This document shows positions 61,578-64,000 of a stretch of DNA of 64,000 nt, one piece after another. Source of the stretch: Lytechinus pictus (lineage: Eukaryota). Position numbers and translations under genes: made by a program. The notes below the pieces were generated by a model. The model was given only the letters and a program-made list of their open reading frames with translations. It did no database searches and had not been told where the DNA came from. The stretch's first letter is position 1. The number at the start of each line of letters is the position of its first letter. The stretch covers positions 40,922,001 through 40,986,000 of the forward strand of contig NC_087251.1 in assembly GCF_037042905.1 (NCBI RefSeq), written 5' to 3'.

Positions 61578-64000
61578 GTTAGTGTTATTTCAAGATTCCA
61601 AGTATTGATTTAAAATAGTACTACAGGCTGACTTGTTTTAAAAGATAAATAAATATACTGTCGTACTTTTGCAAAAGGAAGCAAGTTACATAAGTATCAT
61701 TTGTTGTAAATGAGCAATGTGTGTTCGTCATTTACATTGGCGTCAATGCAATTTAATAGCCTATTTTCTTCAATATCTTTCCATAGAACAATCATTTCTT
61801 CCCCAAAGTTTGCATGAACGTGCAAGATACAAAGGGCGTTTCAGAAACAACAATAACTCAAATTTGACTGATGGGTCACTTGCTTCCTTTTGCCAAAGTT
61901 GGGCAGTATAATATCAGTGAACATTGATTCCTTGAGAAAGTGTGTAAAACCAAGGTTAGTTGTCACCATATCAATGTAGATCTAGGTCTGATACAGTTAC
62001 TTTAACTGAACTGTATTAAATTCTGAAATCTGAGCTGAAAAACAATCATGCTGAAAGATCACCTACACAGATACGCACATGTGGGTCCAAGCCTTGAAAT
62101 AAGCACCTGTGAGCCGGGGGCAATTTTTTTTTTAAATTGACCCCGGCTCACGGGCTTTTTACAGGAACCGGGGCAATTTTTAAAAAATATATAACGGTGA
62201 ACCACACCGCAAATTTGTTTATAGTAAGCGCAGCTCCTGCAATTTTTTAATTAGTACATGAATAGCATATGCTAAGTATTAGGCTTATTCAAACATTTAA
62301 GAAATCAGATTTAAATGTTAAGTGTGTTTGGACACCCTCACTCCACATCCCCTTTACAACCACACACACATGGGCTTATTTATTTTTCATCTTTAATGAA
62401 CCACGATCAATGAACCCCCCCCCCACAAAAAAAAAAATCTAAATAAATGAATAAAATAAAAATATAAAAAAAGAGAGAGAGATGGAGAAAGAGAGAATTC
62501 AGATCAAATAATAATAAATTTAGAAAAAAAAATAATTTTTAAGGTTTTTTTTCATGGTTAGAATCACGGTGTGGGTGAGTGTTTGTGTGTGATTGTGACT
62601 GTGAGGTGCACTTGGATTGCATATAAATTATGTTAAAGAAATGAAGAAATGAAATCAACATCTAACTCAGTCTATTCAAATTCCAGCACATAGCCACAGG
62701 CAAGCTATGTACATGTATTGTAGGTTCATGAACCTTAAGTTTTTCACAAGTTATTTGAAAACGCAGATCTCCACAGAAGATGCCTTTCATTCTGGGAGAG
62801 TCTAAATTCGGTGAAAATGTATTCATTAATAACTTAAATATTCATCACAATGAAGAAATCATAAAGTTTTTTGACAGTTTTCAAAAATTAACATGAAATC
62901 TAAACTATATCTGAAACGGAAAATCACCATCACTTAGGCCATTACTGATAGAATTCTCACCCAGAGCTCTGGCAGAGAACATGAGCTCAAACTGGCTAGC
63001 TCTAACACCACACTCAAGTGTGGTGTTAGATGGAGCCTTGTTTGATGATTTATTGTCTGATATTTACCCCTCTCCAAGAAAGAAATTAAAAAGCTACAAT
63101 TCACAACTATAAGCTAAGTGATTTTGGATTATTAAGGCTCCGTTTTGACAAGCAAAGTCGGAGACTGTGAGGATAAAAGACTCGCACATCGTATGTGCTG
63201 TGAACAGGGATTTATCTCCTGTGCAATTCGAATTACTATATAGCAGAATAGTGATATCCCAACTGGAAATGTGTCCATTAGAAATTGCACATGGTGAAGT
63301 ATGGAAAAACCGCTACCGGAAGCACGCGCACATGTATTACAGAAGAAAAAAAAGACGGACGTAGCTCACTTTTTATGGTACAGAAAAAAAGACGCACTTA
63401 CGTGTTTATCGTAAATTGAAAGTTACTTGATTTTGGCTTTTCAGATATTTAAATTATATGTATGATATGGCTTCACTGCTCACTCACGGCGGGCGCAATT
63501 ACCTGGAAAATATTTGCGCCCGGTCGTCAAAATTTTGATGATTTGGGGGCTTTATGGGCGCAATTGATGGCTTTATAAGCGCGAATTTGCACTCAGCGCC
63601 CGCTTATTTCAAGGCTTGTGTGGGTCAGTGTATTGATATTGCTTGGATAAAGACCAGTTTGCTGGCATCACATCCTTACTTTGCCAATTTCTTCCTAAAT
63701 CCTATGGCACATATTTCTATTTATACAGACAGGCACTTTCATGGTCATTTGATTCTGTACAAACTCCTTTTGAACTTGTTACCACAAATGGCATTTATCT
63801 TTATACTGAAGATTTATTACAAGAACCAAATTAATTGATTTTTCAGTAAGCCTTGAAAATTGATGCAAAGTCTGTGTTAATGTCTTACAAATACAAGACA
63901 CATAAATAAGGAATTTGTTACAAATCCAATGTTACATCATCTCTGATTCTGTAGTATAAAAGTTGATAATTTTATAATTTCCCTAGTACTTGATTGAATA

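Overview
Eukaryotic, AT-rich, intron-rich animal DNA; the repeat families suggest an echinoderm such as a sea urchin (inference only). There are two divergently transcribed spliced genes. RRP15 (minus strand) is complete: 5 coding exons, 21717->15869, 272 aa. A heavy beta-spectrin (betaH/karst/SPTBN5-type, plus strand) is present as its 5' part: 18 phase-consistent coding exons, 33307->61577, 997 codons encoding CH1-CH2, spectrin repeats and an inserted SH3, and it runs off the window. The rest is a dense patchwork of non-autonomous DNA transposons, SINEs, LINE remnants and microsatellites. Main observations: (1) a 1.4-kb Transib/RAG-type element (30078-31491) with a 5-bp GC-rich TSD and ends that look like V(D)J recombination signals with 12/23-like asymmetry; (2) a 3.26-kb Mutator-like element whose 9-bp TSD is a duplicated GC box just upstream of the probable spectrin first exon; (3) a 96-bp x ~20 tandem array that copies a spectrin exon end plus its splice donor, giving many candidate in-frame 21-nt microexons. 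No prokaryotic systems or CRISPR arrays were seen. Family assignments come from motif recognition, not database searches.
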